Positions 30,924 to 44,869 of a DNA stretch of 64,000 bases are shown piece after piece; position 1 is the first letter of the stretch, and each line of letters starts with the position of its first letter. The stretch comes from Octopus sinensis (taxonomy: Eukaryota). The stretch spans positions 17,360,001 through 17,424,000 of the forward strand of contig NC_043004.1 in NCBI RefSeq assembly GCF_006345805.1. The letters run 5' to 3'. The notes under the pieces were generated by a model, which had not been told where the DNA came from, ran no database searches, and saw only the letters and a list, made by a program, of their open reading frames with translations. Both the position numbers and the translations under genes were made by a program.

Positions 30924-30995
<72 letters not shown>

Positions 30996-31030
30996 CATTA
31001 TTATTATTATTATTAGTAGTAGTAGTAGTA
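30835..31030 (+). repeat. (TTA)n/(TTG)n/(TAG)n microsatellite
   Basis: Direct reading. Confidence 0.95.
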
Positions 31031-31289
31031 TTGGGAGCATGCATTGTAACAGTGCGTCGCTGCAACCACTATTTGTTGGTGTTTTCCTACTCATCGCAGA
31101 TGACACCTTTGTACCACTCAGTGGCAACCTTTTAAACCACAGGTCTGTTTGGATAGCCGTTGGGTATTTGAACTCAGGACCTAAACAGTCAGAAGAAATA
31201 CCGCTCGGTATTTTGTCAGACGTGTTAAAGATGTTATCTACCCGCCGTCCTCGTGATCCTTTCTACAAAAGCAGAAGGCCTGAAATTTG

Positions 31290-31800
31290 TGTTTCACTGG
31301 TATTTAATTCATTCACCTCCGAAAGGAAGAAAGGCAAAGTCGCCTTCGGCAGAATTTGAACTCAGAACATAGAAACGGGCGAAATACCGCAAAGCATTTC
31401 GTACAACGTGTTAACGATTCTGCCAGCTCGACGTCTTCGTCGCCTTCATAGAAGTGAATTGTTAGGATATGATATGAAAGACATAAACGAAATTATAAAT
31501 AGTTTATCAAATACTTCGGTCTTGAATTTCTTTCCTCGGTGTATAAATATACCTTCTTTCTCTTTCAATATAAAAATAAATAAAGGCAGTGAGCTGGCAC
31601 AATCGTTAGCAAACCGGACAAAATGCTTAACGGCATTTTGTCCATCTTTACATTCTGAGTTCAAATTCCGCCGGCGTCGATTATGTTTTTCATCTTTTCA
31701 GGGTCGATAAAATAAGCACCAGTTGATAACTGGGATCGACGTAATTGACTTACCCCTCTCCATAAATTACTGGCCATGTGCCAAAATATGAAACCTATAT
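31290..31800. mobile_element. Two type A SINEs in divergent orientation (31290-31440 minus; 31585-31800 plus)
   Basis: GATTCTGCCAGCTCG and GAGCTGGCACAATCGTTAGC heads; TTCTGAGTTCAAATTCCGCC. Confidence 0.7.
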
Positions 31801-32321
31801 AGACGTAAACATGAAGAATACTGGCTTGCACACTTGTTTATCTCACTTCCCTGCACTCTTTCGCTGTTTAACATCAATAAATAAATTCGAATTTTAATCT
31901 TTTGATGTTTAAATTTTTATTAAAAGAAAAAGGAATAACCTGTTCAACAATGAAAAAATGTTAAAAACGAGGTATCCGATAAATACACCATTAGTATTCA
32001 CTTATGCTGTCGATATCGTATCCCGGCAACACACTTCTATTATTTTATTTTTCTAAGTAAATATCATGTCTCACTCGTCTTTGTTGTTGGTTTGACGTTG
32101 AAAAATAAAAGTAAATATGTCATAATAAACACACTTTTAAAACAGTAAATAAATGTTTTTTTAAAAATCTTTTTGCTCATTATGCTCTCATAAAATTCAG
32201 AGTCCTGAGTATTCGGTCTTCACAAGTTTTTGGCATTCAGATTATTTAGCTCGTTTAAACTCAGCGTTCTTACATTCGGCCTTCTCGCATTCGGCCTTAT
32301 GATCGGCAAACACACACAGAC

Positions 32322-32411
<90 letters not shown>

Positions 32412-32414
<3 letters not shown>

Positions 32415-32692
32415 GGCACTCCGTCGATTACGACGACGAGGGTTCCAGTTGATCCGACCAACGGAACAACCTGCTCGTGAAATTAACGTATAAGTGACCG
32501 AGCACTCCACAAACAGACACGCGTTCCTTTAACAGGCCCTTTAATTTACAGGGCGCAATTCTTTTTTGCCAACTGAGTGAACTGGAGCAACGTGGAATAA
32601 AGTGTTTTACCCAAGGACACAATAAGCCGCCGGTTATCGGACTCATAGCCTCACTATCTTGAGCGAAATATGCTAACCACTAAGCTACACAC
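32412..32692 (-). mobile_element. tRNA-derived SINE, type C
   Basis: GTTGGCACTCCGTCGATTACGACGACGAGGGTTCCAGTTGATC matches the 3' end of 23332-23655 in reverse. Confidence 0.7.
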
Positions 32693-34850
32693 ATCCTACA
32701 ATTTTGTTTACCCATTAGACGGGTAGCGAACTTCCTGAGATATTTCATATTGCTCTAATATTATTCCTCAGACTTTGATGTATATTATTTTGGTTTGAAT
32801 TTATTCTACAATAGCTTAAACAAACCTAATGGTTCATGATAAACTAGACTGTCTACTATTACAATTACATATCTGTTGTTTTGTTTTGCAACTTACGGGT
32901 TTGAAACCGCTTTATCAAATTATTGCCGTCTGCTTTAATCGATTGTTTTCTTCAATAGAACACACATTGGTCTGATTAAATAAAACACTGATGAATTTGC
33001 TCAGGATAGATTGAATTGCTGTAATCAAAGAAATCAAATGTACTAGAAAACAAGTAAAAACCATTGTTTCGTATTTTTTCTTGGTGTTTTCAAACCTAAG
33101 AATACAATCTGTTTCTAGTCTTTAATGTTTTTGTTTCCAAAGTAAATATGAGTTTTGTAATTACAAATTCATCAAATAGCTTTGTATTAACTTCCATTGT
33201 AAACTCCATTGTATTTCATAATATTCGTTTAATCAATTAATGGTGCTACCCACGATAACAAGCTATTCCAGACCGAGATACTAGTATCAAAAACTGTTAC
33301 CTACCCTCGGTGAAATGGTGGATATCTGAAAAATCATTTTGAGGCACATACTTCGAAAATATATTGTTTACAGATTAATTCGCTGTTCTTTTTTCATATA
33401 TTTTAATTTCATTTGAATTTACACAAAAAGTATTTTTATCGTAGTGTTTTATTTTTTTTATAGCAACATTCTTGCTCTACAAATTTTGATTATTGTTTTT
33501 GAAATCTGAATAGGTGTTATTTCTTTTCATATATACTTTCTTAATTCCGAGTTATTGCTATTAGAACTTATGGTGAAAAACAGAATATGAAGACATTATG
33601 GATGTGAGGTATCAAACATTTCAACTAAATCTAACAGTATGGTGAATGCTAAAATACAAATACAGCGTGACTTATGAATAAATAAATATATTCACACATA
33701 TCTACATATATTTTGTCATTTTTGTAACATAATGCAAATGAGCTGAACCAGTCACGAATTTGATTTACATTTTAACAAGCAGCCGGTAGTTTTTAACACT
33801 GTCAATTTGAAATGGAGAAGTGAGATTTTAGACAATTTGTTAAATAGCAAAGAAACCGGTCGATTTAATCCTCAGCGCAAGAATCCGGAAAGGCCCACTT
33901 GGGCCCAATCTCACGTGATGAGCAACAATTTATGGAATATGCAAGCAAATTTTTTAAACCCATACTTATCAAGAAACCCAAAGCGAACAACATTTAGTTG
34001 CTGTTTAGTCAAAGTCGAGCGACAGAAGAGACTTACAGTTAAGAAAATTCCGTCCCTGGCCTACACACGTTTGTTTCTCGCCGTAGTTTTCTTTGGATTC
34101 AATTATCCAATGTGTCACCGGGAGTTGATATGAAGGCGATTTAGCTGCAATTTCTAATAGATCGATCAATCCTGAACAACAAGTTATTCCTAAATATGGA
34201 TATTTCATAAGACGAAATATAACTAGGATGATCAAACTGTTGAGCGATAAAAAAGAAGCCGTCCATTTATATTATTAGTCGTTATATATTTCTTTTCCTT
34301 TTTGTATCTGTGGTCATAGTCTAAAACTGTAGTCCATGAATGGTGAATTACTGGAGTAATTCATACATTTGTCTACTATCAATTAATCGGAAGATATCGA
34401 TCAGTTTAGTAACGGCATAACAGCAGGACATTCCTATCGTATTAAAGCTGAGTTGTCAAAATTCAGCATTGTCCTACTTAAGAAATATTTACATGTTCTT
34501 GACACAAAGATCTTATACATTGCGCTGGAACCTTTTATCTTTCAATGCCGCATTAAATTAAGTGTTATCCATCTATGCCACATTGCTGACACAGCTGTAT
34601 GGTTAAACAGTTTACCTCAATCCGACTACGTCGCACCTTAGGAAAGTGTTTTCTACTAAAATCTTTTGAAGTCGACCAATATTTTGTGAGTGAAGTTTGG
34701 CAGACAGAAACTGTGAAGCAGTTCGTTCTATTCACGTGCCTGTGTTTGTAAGTGTGTGTGCATGTATACATACATACATACATACATACATACATACATA
34801 CATACATACATACATACATACATACATACATACATACATACATACATACA

Positions 34851-34884
<34 letters not shown>

Positions 34885-34885
34885 C

Positions 34886-36197
34886 ATTACAATGAAAAAT
34901 GCGGGTGCATGCATGTTAATATTCTTAAGTTACTACACCTGGAAAAGTACAGAACAAGATTTCTGTAATAAAATCTGCCTAATTCGTCACCTCTAAAGGA
35001 AACGAAAAAGTACTTATAATTAAAATTCTACTGTACTTAAAATATTGCAGTCGAGAATAACATTTCAAAATTTACTATATTTTAGTAAAACAAAATTTAT
35101 AAAAACATTACTGAGTTTTTCCAAAAATAAGCCCATCTGATTTTAAGCCTATGGGCTTATATTCAGAAATTTTTCATGTATAGATCAGCAATTTTTATCA
35201 TTTTCAGAAAAAAATTATTTGGAAAAAGCAGTATTTTAAAAATAAAATAAATCTTAAAATAATGCAGTAGAATTCGCCTAATTAGCCATCCTTAGGAGAA
35301 AATTGAAAGTGACGAATAAGGTGAAATAACGAATTAGCTAAAGACGAATTAAACTAATTCTACTGCATTAATGTGGAGGCACAATGGCTCAGTGGTTAGG
35401 GAAGCGGACTCGCGGTCGGAGGATCGCGGTTTCGATTCCCAGACCGGGCGTTGTGTGTATTTATTGGGAGAAAACACCTAAAACTCCACGACCCCTGTTG
35501 TACTCTTTCTCTCACTCTTTCTTCCTGCTTCTTGAGTAACGCTGCGATGGACTGGCGTCATAGAAACCGGGAAACCGGGCCCACGAGCCTGGCTAGGCTT
35601 GAAAAGGGGCGCATAAATAAATAATAACTGTATTAATGTTAACTAATAAATTTTACTTATGATTTGTCAGATTAAAAAAGAAAATTAATGTGGAAGAATT
35701 GACTGAACATGCGGTTGATTTTAAGCCATTTAATAACTATTCTACTGCAATGTTTTTTTTTTGCAATGGGATTTCAAATGAAATGAAAAAAAATCTTGTG
35801 CAATATTATTTACGATTTCATATTTTATTGTTTGTATGTGATACAACTGAACAAAATGACTATTTTAATTGTATATTTGAAAAGACATGATTTAAAAACT
35901 TTTTTGTTTAACTTTATTTTTGATTATTTTTGTAACACGTTTTGAAAGATTTACTTGTTTTTACATTCACATAATAAATAAAATAAATTATCTCAAATTT
36001 ATCTAATATAATGTATTTTGATTTATTCTCCGCTGCAATAGTTTAAGTATAGTAGAATTTAAATTTTAAGTAATTTTTAGTGTACTTTAAAGGTGACGAA
36101 TTAGGCAAATCTTACTGTAGAAATCTTGTTCTGTACTTTTCCAGGTATAATAATTAAAGAATATCAACATGCATATATCCAAATTTTTCATTGTAAT
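34886..36197. mobile_element. Foldback / long-TIR non-autonomous DNA transposon
   Basis: 34886-about 35090 is an imperfect inverted repeat of about 36000-36197 (ATTACAATGAAAAA..CCTGGAAAAGTACAGAACAAGATTTCT..GCCTAATTCGTCACCT); inner IR TAATGCAGTAGAATT / AATTCTACTGCATTA at 35260-35370. Confidence 0.75.
35375..35620 (+). mobile_element. tRNA-derived SINE (type C head, different body) inserted in the foldback element
   Basis: TGGCTCAGTGG A box, GGTTTCGATTCC B box, CCAGACCGGGCGTTG. Confidence 0.7.
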
Positions 36198-36989
36198 CCA
36201 CTTTGTTTTCCAGGCAATGCAATAAAAATAATAAATATTCTTTTGTTTAAAATATTTGAATTAAATGAAACCTGCCTGTATATTTATTTCCTTTAAAATT
36301 AATAAATTTTTAGGATAATGTGAAATGTAATTATAATTGTAAAAAGAATTAGATCTTCAATGTATATAAAATTTTTATATTGAAACAAAGTTCATAATAC
36401 GAAGGCGCGATAAAAGAAAGTGCGAGAATTCATTATGAAAATTAATTTTCTATATGATAGTGAATATTAATGTAATACTAATTTTATCATAAAATCAAAA
36501 AATAAATGAGTTATATCTATATATAGTAAGAAGAGCTAGCAAGAAAAATTATGAGAATATATCAACGATATAGTAAGAAGATAATCTGATCATAGTAAAA
36601 CCATTGCTAATATAAAATTTTTTAAAATGCAAAAATAGTCAATGCATTCACCATAAGGCAAGAGGAGCCACCTGACCTTGTTAGGGCAAAGTTAGCTTGT
36701 TTGTCGAATTTCATGCAAAAGGAAAAAATAAAGCCTTCTATTCAGCTACTATTCTTGTCAACCTGCCTGGAAACAAAAAATGTGAAGCGTATAGCTCTGA
36801 AAATCCAATCATACTAGAAGCAAAAACCTTGTCAATTTACCCTAAGAAATAATATTCTGAATTCTGCTACTCTTAATATTAAATTAATGTTTAAAAGCAA
36901 ACAAAAAACTTATTAAAATTTCAGAAGTTCTAATAACTTTCGTCGTCGTAATGTGTATTTGTATTTACAAAAGTATGTATGCAGCATCG

Positions 36990-38860
36990 CGTGTATATCC
37001 CTGAAGTCGATTTTGACCTCACATATATAAAATCTCAACTTTTTTCCCACTGAACAAATTTCAAACTTTTTAGTTCAAAATGTATCTTAAGAAGTGACCT
37101 ATCTAAAAATGTATAAACATAATCAAATTTGGTTAAAAACTGAATTAATGATAATGCCTAGAAGTAGTTGCGAATGATTAAATGTTGACCTTAAGAGTAT
37201 TATTCCAAGACGGTAGTGTTTGAATGATATTTATTACAATATAGAGTATTCTATGAATATGAGGCAGATCTTTGCAAGATACCTAAATACTGAACTGAAT
37301 CAAACATTTTGCAATATTGGTCTCCAATTTTGGCAGAAGGCCATCAAATCTGGAGGGGAGGGAAGTTGATTACATCGACCTCAGTGCTTAGCTGATAGCC
37401 ATTTTATCGAATACTGAAAAGATGAAAGGCAAAGACGACCTTAGTGGAATTTGAACTCAGAATGTAGAGACAGACGAAATTCTGCGAAGCTTTCATCTGC
37501 GTGTTAACGACTCTGTCAGCTCGTCGTCTCAGTATTGTAATAAGTAATAATATTACATGAAAATTGTTTTATATATTTTTGGCACATTTAGCTTATATAA
37601 TAGCTTTTTTCACTTTGAATATTTTTTGAAAAGATTAGCACCACGACATTCGTCTTGATGTGTTCTATGAGCTCAAGAAAAACACATTTTGTTTTTACAT
37701 AAAAACAATGTAGTTTTCTTTTGAAAGAATAATATTTGGACTCAAAGTTGATTTCAGACATTAATCTCCGTTTTTCACCTCTTTTTAACATAGTACGTTT
37801 TTGTACACAATATTTTTGCATATAGCTAACACGGATAGAATTCTGTCGTTGAGATATATCATATAAGTTAAAATAAAAATATAGATTTATTAAAAAAAAA
37901 AAAGACTCAAAGTCGATTTCTCACGTTTGTGACCTCATACATCTGACTCAAACTTTTTTAATACTGAACCAATTTTCAATTTTTTAAACTCCAAATATAG
38001 CTTATGTGATCAATGTAAAAATATAGATATCATCTGATTTGGTTAAAAAACCGAGTTAGTGACATAGCATAGAAGTGGTCGCAAGTGAGTAAATGTTGAC
38101 CGTAAGAATATTATTCACACACGGTAGTGTGTGAATGATACTTTTTGAAAAGATTAGCACCAGAACACTTGTTTTGATGATTTCTATCATTTGAGGTAAA
38201 AAAACAATTTTAGGTTTTTGAATTTGATATTAGGCGTTACCACTTTTTTCGGCACAGTTGGCCCCAGTAGTTTTTTATAAAAATTTTTTTTTTATATAAT
38301 TGTCATCATCGGATTTCTAGTGGAGATATATAAAAAAAGTTGAATTTAAATATAGTTTTCTTTCGAAATAAGAATAATATTTGGAGTCAAATTCGATTTC
38401 AGGCGTTAATCGGTTTTTTTTTCTTGCCGGTTTTTACCTCAATACTTTTTTCTACTGAATATTTTTGCATATAAGTAACATGGATAGATATAAGTAACAC
38501 GGATATTCTATTTGCATATAACATGGATACATGTAAGTAACATGGATATTCTACTGAATATTTTTGCATATAAGTAACATGGATCTCGCCGAGATCTGTC
38601 ATATAAGCTAAAATAAAATATAGATTTCTTTAAAAAATGTTTTGAACTCACATATTTTACTGAAGCTTTTTTCTACTGAAGCAATTCTTGAAATTTTGTA
38701 GCTGAAAATGTAGCTTAGGATGCGACCAATCTAAAAATGTAAACATCATCTAATTTAGTTAAAAACTGAGTTAGTGACAAAGCCTAGAAGTGGTAGCGAG
38801 TGAGTAAATGTTGACTTTAAGAATATTATTCACACATGGTAGTGTGAGAATGATACATAC
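36990..38860 (+). repeat. Old diverged tandem repeat, three units of about 0.7-0.9 kb
   Basis: Block TTTGGTTAAAAA..GTTAGTGAC..TAGAAGTGGT..GAGTAAATGTTGAC..AAGAATATTATTCACAC..GGTAGTGTG.GAATGATA recurs near 37130, 38040 and 38755; TTTTTGAAAAGATTAGCACCA recurs at 37623 and 38142. Confidence 0.75.
37310..37530 (-). mobile_element. Decayed type A SINE
   Basis: GATGAAAGGCAAAG..GGAATTTGAACTCAGAA..CTGTCAGCTCGTC. Confidence 0.65.
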
Positions 38861-38926
38861 TTACATACATACATATAAGTAGACAAACACACACACACAC
38901 ATATATATATATATAAATATACACAA

Positions 38927-38957
<31 letters not shown>

Positions 38958-40069
38958 CATATATATATATGGACACACACATACACATTTTCAGTGATGT
39001 TGTAGGATGTGCGGTGTGCGCATGTCGCACAGGACGGCGGTGAAATCCCACGCCAAGTCCATTGCACACCATTGCGTATATATAAGCGCTTGTCTGTGCT
39101 CATGTCAGTATGTTTGCACTGGCCTTAAAACTGGTGCTACTTAATCCATGTCACTTTACGGTCCCGGAACCTAGCAGTTCGACGATATAGTGATCGATAA
39201 AATAAGTAGAAGACTGAAATAAGCACCAGGATCAATATGATGGACTAAAAGTGTTGAAAGTAGATTCAAAATGTAATGCTAACTATTGTAGTTATGTAAT
39301 TATAAATGATGATAAAATAGAAATGTCAATTGACCTTTTAAGGGCTTTGAGCAACACACGAACAGATAGTGTAGCATTAGAAAATATTCGTTGCAACACT
39401 TACAACTTTGTGTCATTTATGTTGCACATTAAATATTTATAGTTGCGAAAAATCTGAAATGGAAATATTTCTTTAGATACTTTTGCGACAATTGAAGAAT
39501 ATTAGAATACATGTTCTATCCAATTCGAGGCGTATCCTAATCGATATTTGGTATAAGGGAGACTGTCATTTCTCCATAATATTTAGTGGGATTAGAAGTT
39601 AAGAAATAAGGATGAAAAGTAATAGAATATACATTTATAAATCTTTCATACTTATTACAAAAATATTAAAATTTCTGATCTTAGGTGATTATGTATAGCT
39701 CTATTTCATTCTTATTAGAACTTATCAGCATGGCATAACCCTAGGTAATGTAATTAAACGAAACTAGTCATTTCTTATAGAACATAAAGCCAAACTCGAG
39801 AGTCCCCCCACCACTATTCGTTAATTTGGTTTTTACATTTTGTATATCAAAAACTAGTGACATGAAAAAGTTTGGATCTCATGCCTTTTCCAAGGACGTT
39901 AGTGAAACGAATGAAATGACTTGTTTTTAGTCAGAAATCGAAATACGTTTGATGCCTCAATTGTTTAAGAATCTATATTGTACTTTTCAATTTTTCCTTC
40001 TAGACACAAAACCACACAGATAGGAGTTTGTGGGCATTTACTATTTATCCTTGGCACTTCTTTCTAGAG

Positions 40070-40182
40070 TTACACTGCGGTCATATTGGGGCACCGCCTT
40101 AAACCTCTAAGCTACATGTACATAAACAAATCCACACCAGTTGTCAAGCGATGATGGGGACAAACACAAACACAAATAAACG

Positions 40183-40229
<47 letters not shown>

Positions 40230-40390
40230 CTTGTTTCCAAACAGTTTCCGTTTATACTAAATATTCATTCACAAGGCATTAATCGGCCCAAAGATATAGT
40301 AGAAGACACTTTTCCAAGGTATCGCGCAGTGAGACTGAACCCGAAACTATCTGGCTGCAAAGTGAGCTTCTGAACCACACAGTAACACTT
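40070..40390 (-). mobile_element. Type B SINE; its internal (CA)n is the breakpoint of a tandem duplication
   Basis: ACACCAGTTGTCAAGCGATGATGGGGACAAACAC then (CA)n, then TAGTAGAAGACACTTTTCCAAGGT..ACTGAACCCGAAAC. Confidence 0.7.
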
Positions 40391-43162
40391 GCAATCGTGA
40401 AAGTCCAAAACTTTGAGTCATTTTGTAAGAAATATATTTAAATCGGTAACGTAACTCATTCTGTAATTTAGGGCGCCGAATTTAAGAGAAAAAATAAAAC
40501 AAACAAGGACGTAATTGCTTTCTGACTTACTCTCGTTTGTAATATAAGGCCAGCCATGTTTCTGGTAATTTAAAACAAAACACAATAAAACAAAACAAAA
40601 AAATGGAGCAAAAAAACAAAAAAAACAAAAAAAACAAAAATAAAACCCTAAAACGCAATCAGTATAGTTGCTAACGTAATAAAGCCAGCCGAGAATTCTT
40701 ATTCAATTTCAAATTTCCGGTTGTGTCCTGTTTACCTAATTTATGCAATTATTTTATGTAATTAATTTATGTAATTAATCTATGTAATTAATTTATGTAA
40801 TGTCCTAGTGGGGGAAACATGAGCATCACAATATCCCACCTAAAATGTAGGACTTTAATAAAGATTAGAAAGAACTAGTATTAATCGATATATATATAAC
40901 ATAAAATATAAATTAAGATGTCAGATTGTTAGATTAGATTTCCATATGGGGGTATCATCACATTGTTTATTGAGATTTTTTTTGCAATTCCAGAGATCTG
41001 AGCTAACTTTACATGCTTTCGAAAATTATTGATTATTAGCTATTAGCAGCGGAACAGCATCTGTAACTTGTATGAATTAGCACATCTTGGATGTGTTGCT
41101 TTGAATGCCGGAAGTTGTGGTAATCCTCCTGAGAAATGATTTCGTATTGACGTTAGGTGCTATAAAAAGAACAGATTACATAGTCAGACGTAAATTTCGT
41201 CATCACCAGACGATGTGACTGTTGTATCACGTGATTTCAGTGTAGACTGTGCTTGCTCAGCAACAGACGCTCTACCACCGAAATTCAGATCGAAACTCCG
41301 TCAAACTGACATAGTCAGTGGTATTGTAAAAAGGTGGCGGGTTGTGTATAAATTAGGAATGAGAAAAACGAAAGAAGAAGCATTAAGCTAAATGAATTCA
41401 GAGCTGCTCTCTTTCGGCCCTGCTAGAATAGGAATTAATATGGTTAGTGTAAATAATTCAAAAGGGGAAAGGTTAAAGTCTGCGGGACTGAATGTGTAAT
41501 TCTGAGGCGGTGATGATGATTTTCAGTTCATTAAGAGAAGTATATAGAGTATGAAAGTGATCAATATAAATGATTATGAAACATATATTTATATATTTGT
41601 ATACTATACAAGCTTGTCTAACGATTGTTATTTAAGAGGCATGAAACTAATCGCAGCTAACACACACACACACAACACACACAAACACACACACACACAC
41701 ACCACACACACACAACTTGTTTCCAAACAGTTTCCGTTTATACTAAATATTCATTCACAAGGCATTAATCGGCCCAAAGATATAGTAGAAGACACTTTTC
41801 CAAGGTATCGCGCAGTGAGACTGAACCCGAAACTATCTGGCTGCAAAGTGAGCTTCTGAACCACACAGTAACACTTGCAATCGTGAAAGTCCAAAACTTT
41901 GAGTCATTTTGTAAGAAATATATTTAAATCGGTAACGTAACTCATTCTGTAATTTAGGGCGCCGAATTTAAGAGAAAAAATAAAACAAACAAGGACGTAA
42001 TTGCTTTCTGACTTACTCTCGTTTGTAATATAAGGCCAGCCATGTTTCTGGTAATTTAAAACAAAACACAATAAAACAAAACAAAAAAATGGAGCAAAAA
42101 AACAAAAAAAACAAAAATAAAACCCTAAAACGCAATCAGTATAGTTGCTAACGTAATAAAGCCAGCCGAGAATTCTTATTCAATTTCAAATTTCCGGTTG
42201 TGTCCTGTTTACCTAATTTATGCAATTATTTTATGTAATTAATTTATGTAATTAATCTATGTAATTAATTTATGTAATGTCCTAGTGGGGGAAACATGAG
42301 CATCACAATATCCCACCTAAAATGTAGGACTTTAATAAAGATTAGAAAGAACTAGTATTAATCGATATATATATAACATAAAATATAAATTAAGATGTCA
42401 GATTGTTAGATTAGATTTCCATATGGGGGTATCATCACATTGTTTATTGAGATTTTTTTTGCAATTCCAGAGATCTGAGCTAACTTTACATGCTTTCGAA
42501 AATTATTGATTATTAGCTATTAGCAGCGGAAACAGCATCTGTAACTTGTATGAATTAGCACATCTTGGATGTGTTGCTTTGAATGCCGGAAGTTGTGGTA
42601 ATCCTCCTGAGAAATGATTTCGTATTGACGTTAGGTGCTATAAAAAGAACAGATTACATAGTCAGACGTAAATTTCGTCATCACCAGACGATGTGACTGT
42701 TGTATCACGTGATTTCAGTGTAGACTGTGCTTGCTCAGCAACAGACGCTCTACCACCGAAATTCAGATCGAAACTCCGTCAAACTGACATAGTCAGTGGT
42801 ATTGTAAAAAGGTGGCGGGTTGTGTATAAATTAGGAATGAGAAAAACGAAAGAAGAAGCATTAAGCTAAATGAATTCAGAGCTGCTCTCTTTCGGCCCTG
42901 CTAGAATAGGAATTAATATGGTTAGTGTAAATAATTCAAAAGGGGAAAGGTTAAAGTCTGCGGGACTGAATGTGTAATTCTGAGGCGGTGATGATGATTT
43001 TCAGTTCATTAAGAGAAGTATATAGAGTATGAAAGTGATCAATATAAATGATTATGAAACATATATTTATATATTTGTATACTATACAAGCTTGTCTAAC
43101 GATTGTTATTTAAGAGGCATGAAACTAATCGCAGCTAACACACACACACACACAAACACACA

Positions 43163-43200
<38 letters not shown>
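40229..43200. repeat. Near-perfect tandem duplication, unit about 1.48 kb (40229-41713 / 41714-43200)
   Basis: Copies differ by eye only by indels in runs; both ends lie in (CA)n tracts. Confidence 0.92.
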
Positions 43201-43214
<14 letters not shown>

Positions 43215-43503
43215 CACGACATATGAGGGTTCAACAATTTCTCACCGGACACGGACAATCACACAGATGATTTGTTTATAGTGATCAAATGTTTGTGTAG
43301 ACATAAGCTCACTCCCTCCATCAAACCGACATTACATGTACAGGTGTACTAGGTGTCACATGTCAGATGACGAAATGCTTGCAGAGCAATGTGAAATGAA
43401 GTACTTTGCTCAAGAACACAATGCAACGCCCGGTCTCAGAATCGAACCCACGATCTCGCAATCGTGAGTGCAACACCCTAACCATTGAGCCATGCGCTTT
43501 CAC
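43215..43503 (-). mobile_element. tRNA-derived SINE (type C head, different body)
   Basis: GAATCGAACCCACGATCTCGC..CCTAACCATTGAGCCATGCGC head in reverse; TTTGCTCAAGAACACAA. Confidence 0.7.
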
Positions 43504-43690
43504 TATATATATATATAAATGGCAATTTCTGTCTGTCTATCTGTCTGTTTCCATCTTAGTGACTAAACCAGCGAACTAATATTCACGAAACTTTGCCAAT
43601 ATGCTACACTAACACCCAGTTCAATAATAGACTAATTGGATTTCAATAAAAATCTATAAAATCCCCCACCCCCGTGGGCGTTGGGAGAAT
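43503..43690 (+). mobile_element. Probable Helitron 5' end fragment
   Basis: CTATATATATATAAATGGCAATTTCTGTCTGTC resembles the 5' end of 44870-45360; no 3' hairpin found. Confidence 0.4.
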
Positions 43691-44869
43691 TATATGATAA
43701 AATGAGAAGGTTGCAAGAAGTATTAGTCTGAGGGAAAGGTGGTAACAGAGAGAAGGCGACTTATATCAGTGAAGATGGGAACAGCGGTGGCAATGGGATG
43801 GTAATCTTACTACATCTGTCATATATACGCGACGCTGCATACATAGTTTCGTACATACACAGATACAATACATACACAAACAGACACACGCATACACACC
43901 CAGGCATACACACACACACACATACAGACACGCACAGAAAAGAGTGTGTGAGGAATACGTAGCTTTAAGGAGAAAGGGGGTAGGTGGTTTTTTTGCTGAC
44001 CATCACAAAGAAACATTCACACAGATACACACACACATACATATATATGCATACATACGTACATATGTCTACTATACATCATTTTATACTCATGATTGCC
44101 CATGTGTATGTTTGTAAATGTGTGTGTGTACGAGTTTCACATCCTATAACTGTCTGTCTCTCTACTTTTGTAGGGTCTTCTCTGTTGCTGTCACATATTT
44201 TGACTTTCTAAAATCACGTCAAAATTTCCCAATTTGGTATATTCAAATAATTTTCCACGTTAAATCAGAAAACAAGATTTGGAAGCTGGCAATTTCTGCA
44301 TGATAGCTGTCTATCACGAACTCAAATCAAAAATCATTTGGAGGAGGAATTTTTATTAAACAAACGAAAGAAATACGATTACAAAAGTTGTAAGAACTGA
44401 AGTTTTAATGAATAAAGTCATGCGAAACGGTTGGAAAAAATTCTCAACGAATTATTTTGGGCGAAAAATTGCACAAAACTTTACTGATTAAGACGCCTGT
44501 CTGTCGGTGAAGGCATGCTTTGACTTGGAATAAATAAAAATTTACATAAGACTTTCTACTGTAAAATTACCAGATAAGCCAAAGATACCTGGATATAACT
44601 CACTCAACAAGAACTCACTACTTGAATGGAGCATAATACCACAAAACTTGACGTAAAAAGAATTTAGATAATCCTATCAGGTGGTGCTATTAAGTTAGAC
44701 ATGGCCTGGCCCAATCTTTGGTCGAAAGATATCTAAGTTTTATCTAAGTTTATATATATACATATAGCGATAACAAAAATATAATGATTAATTACAGGAA
44801 ACATCAGTAAGTCAAATTTACTACAATAACGAAATATGTAAGAATCATTATTTATTATATATATATATC

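Noticed and set aside
41100-41350. Promoter-like cluster (CCGGAAGT, TGACGT, TATAAAAA, TCACGTGA)
   Set aside because: Short motifs occur by chance; there is no downstream gene or transcript evidence
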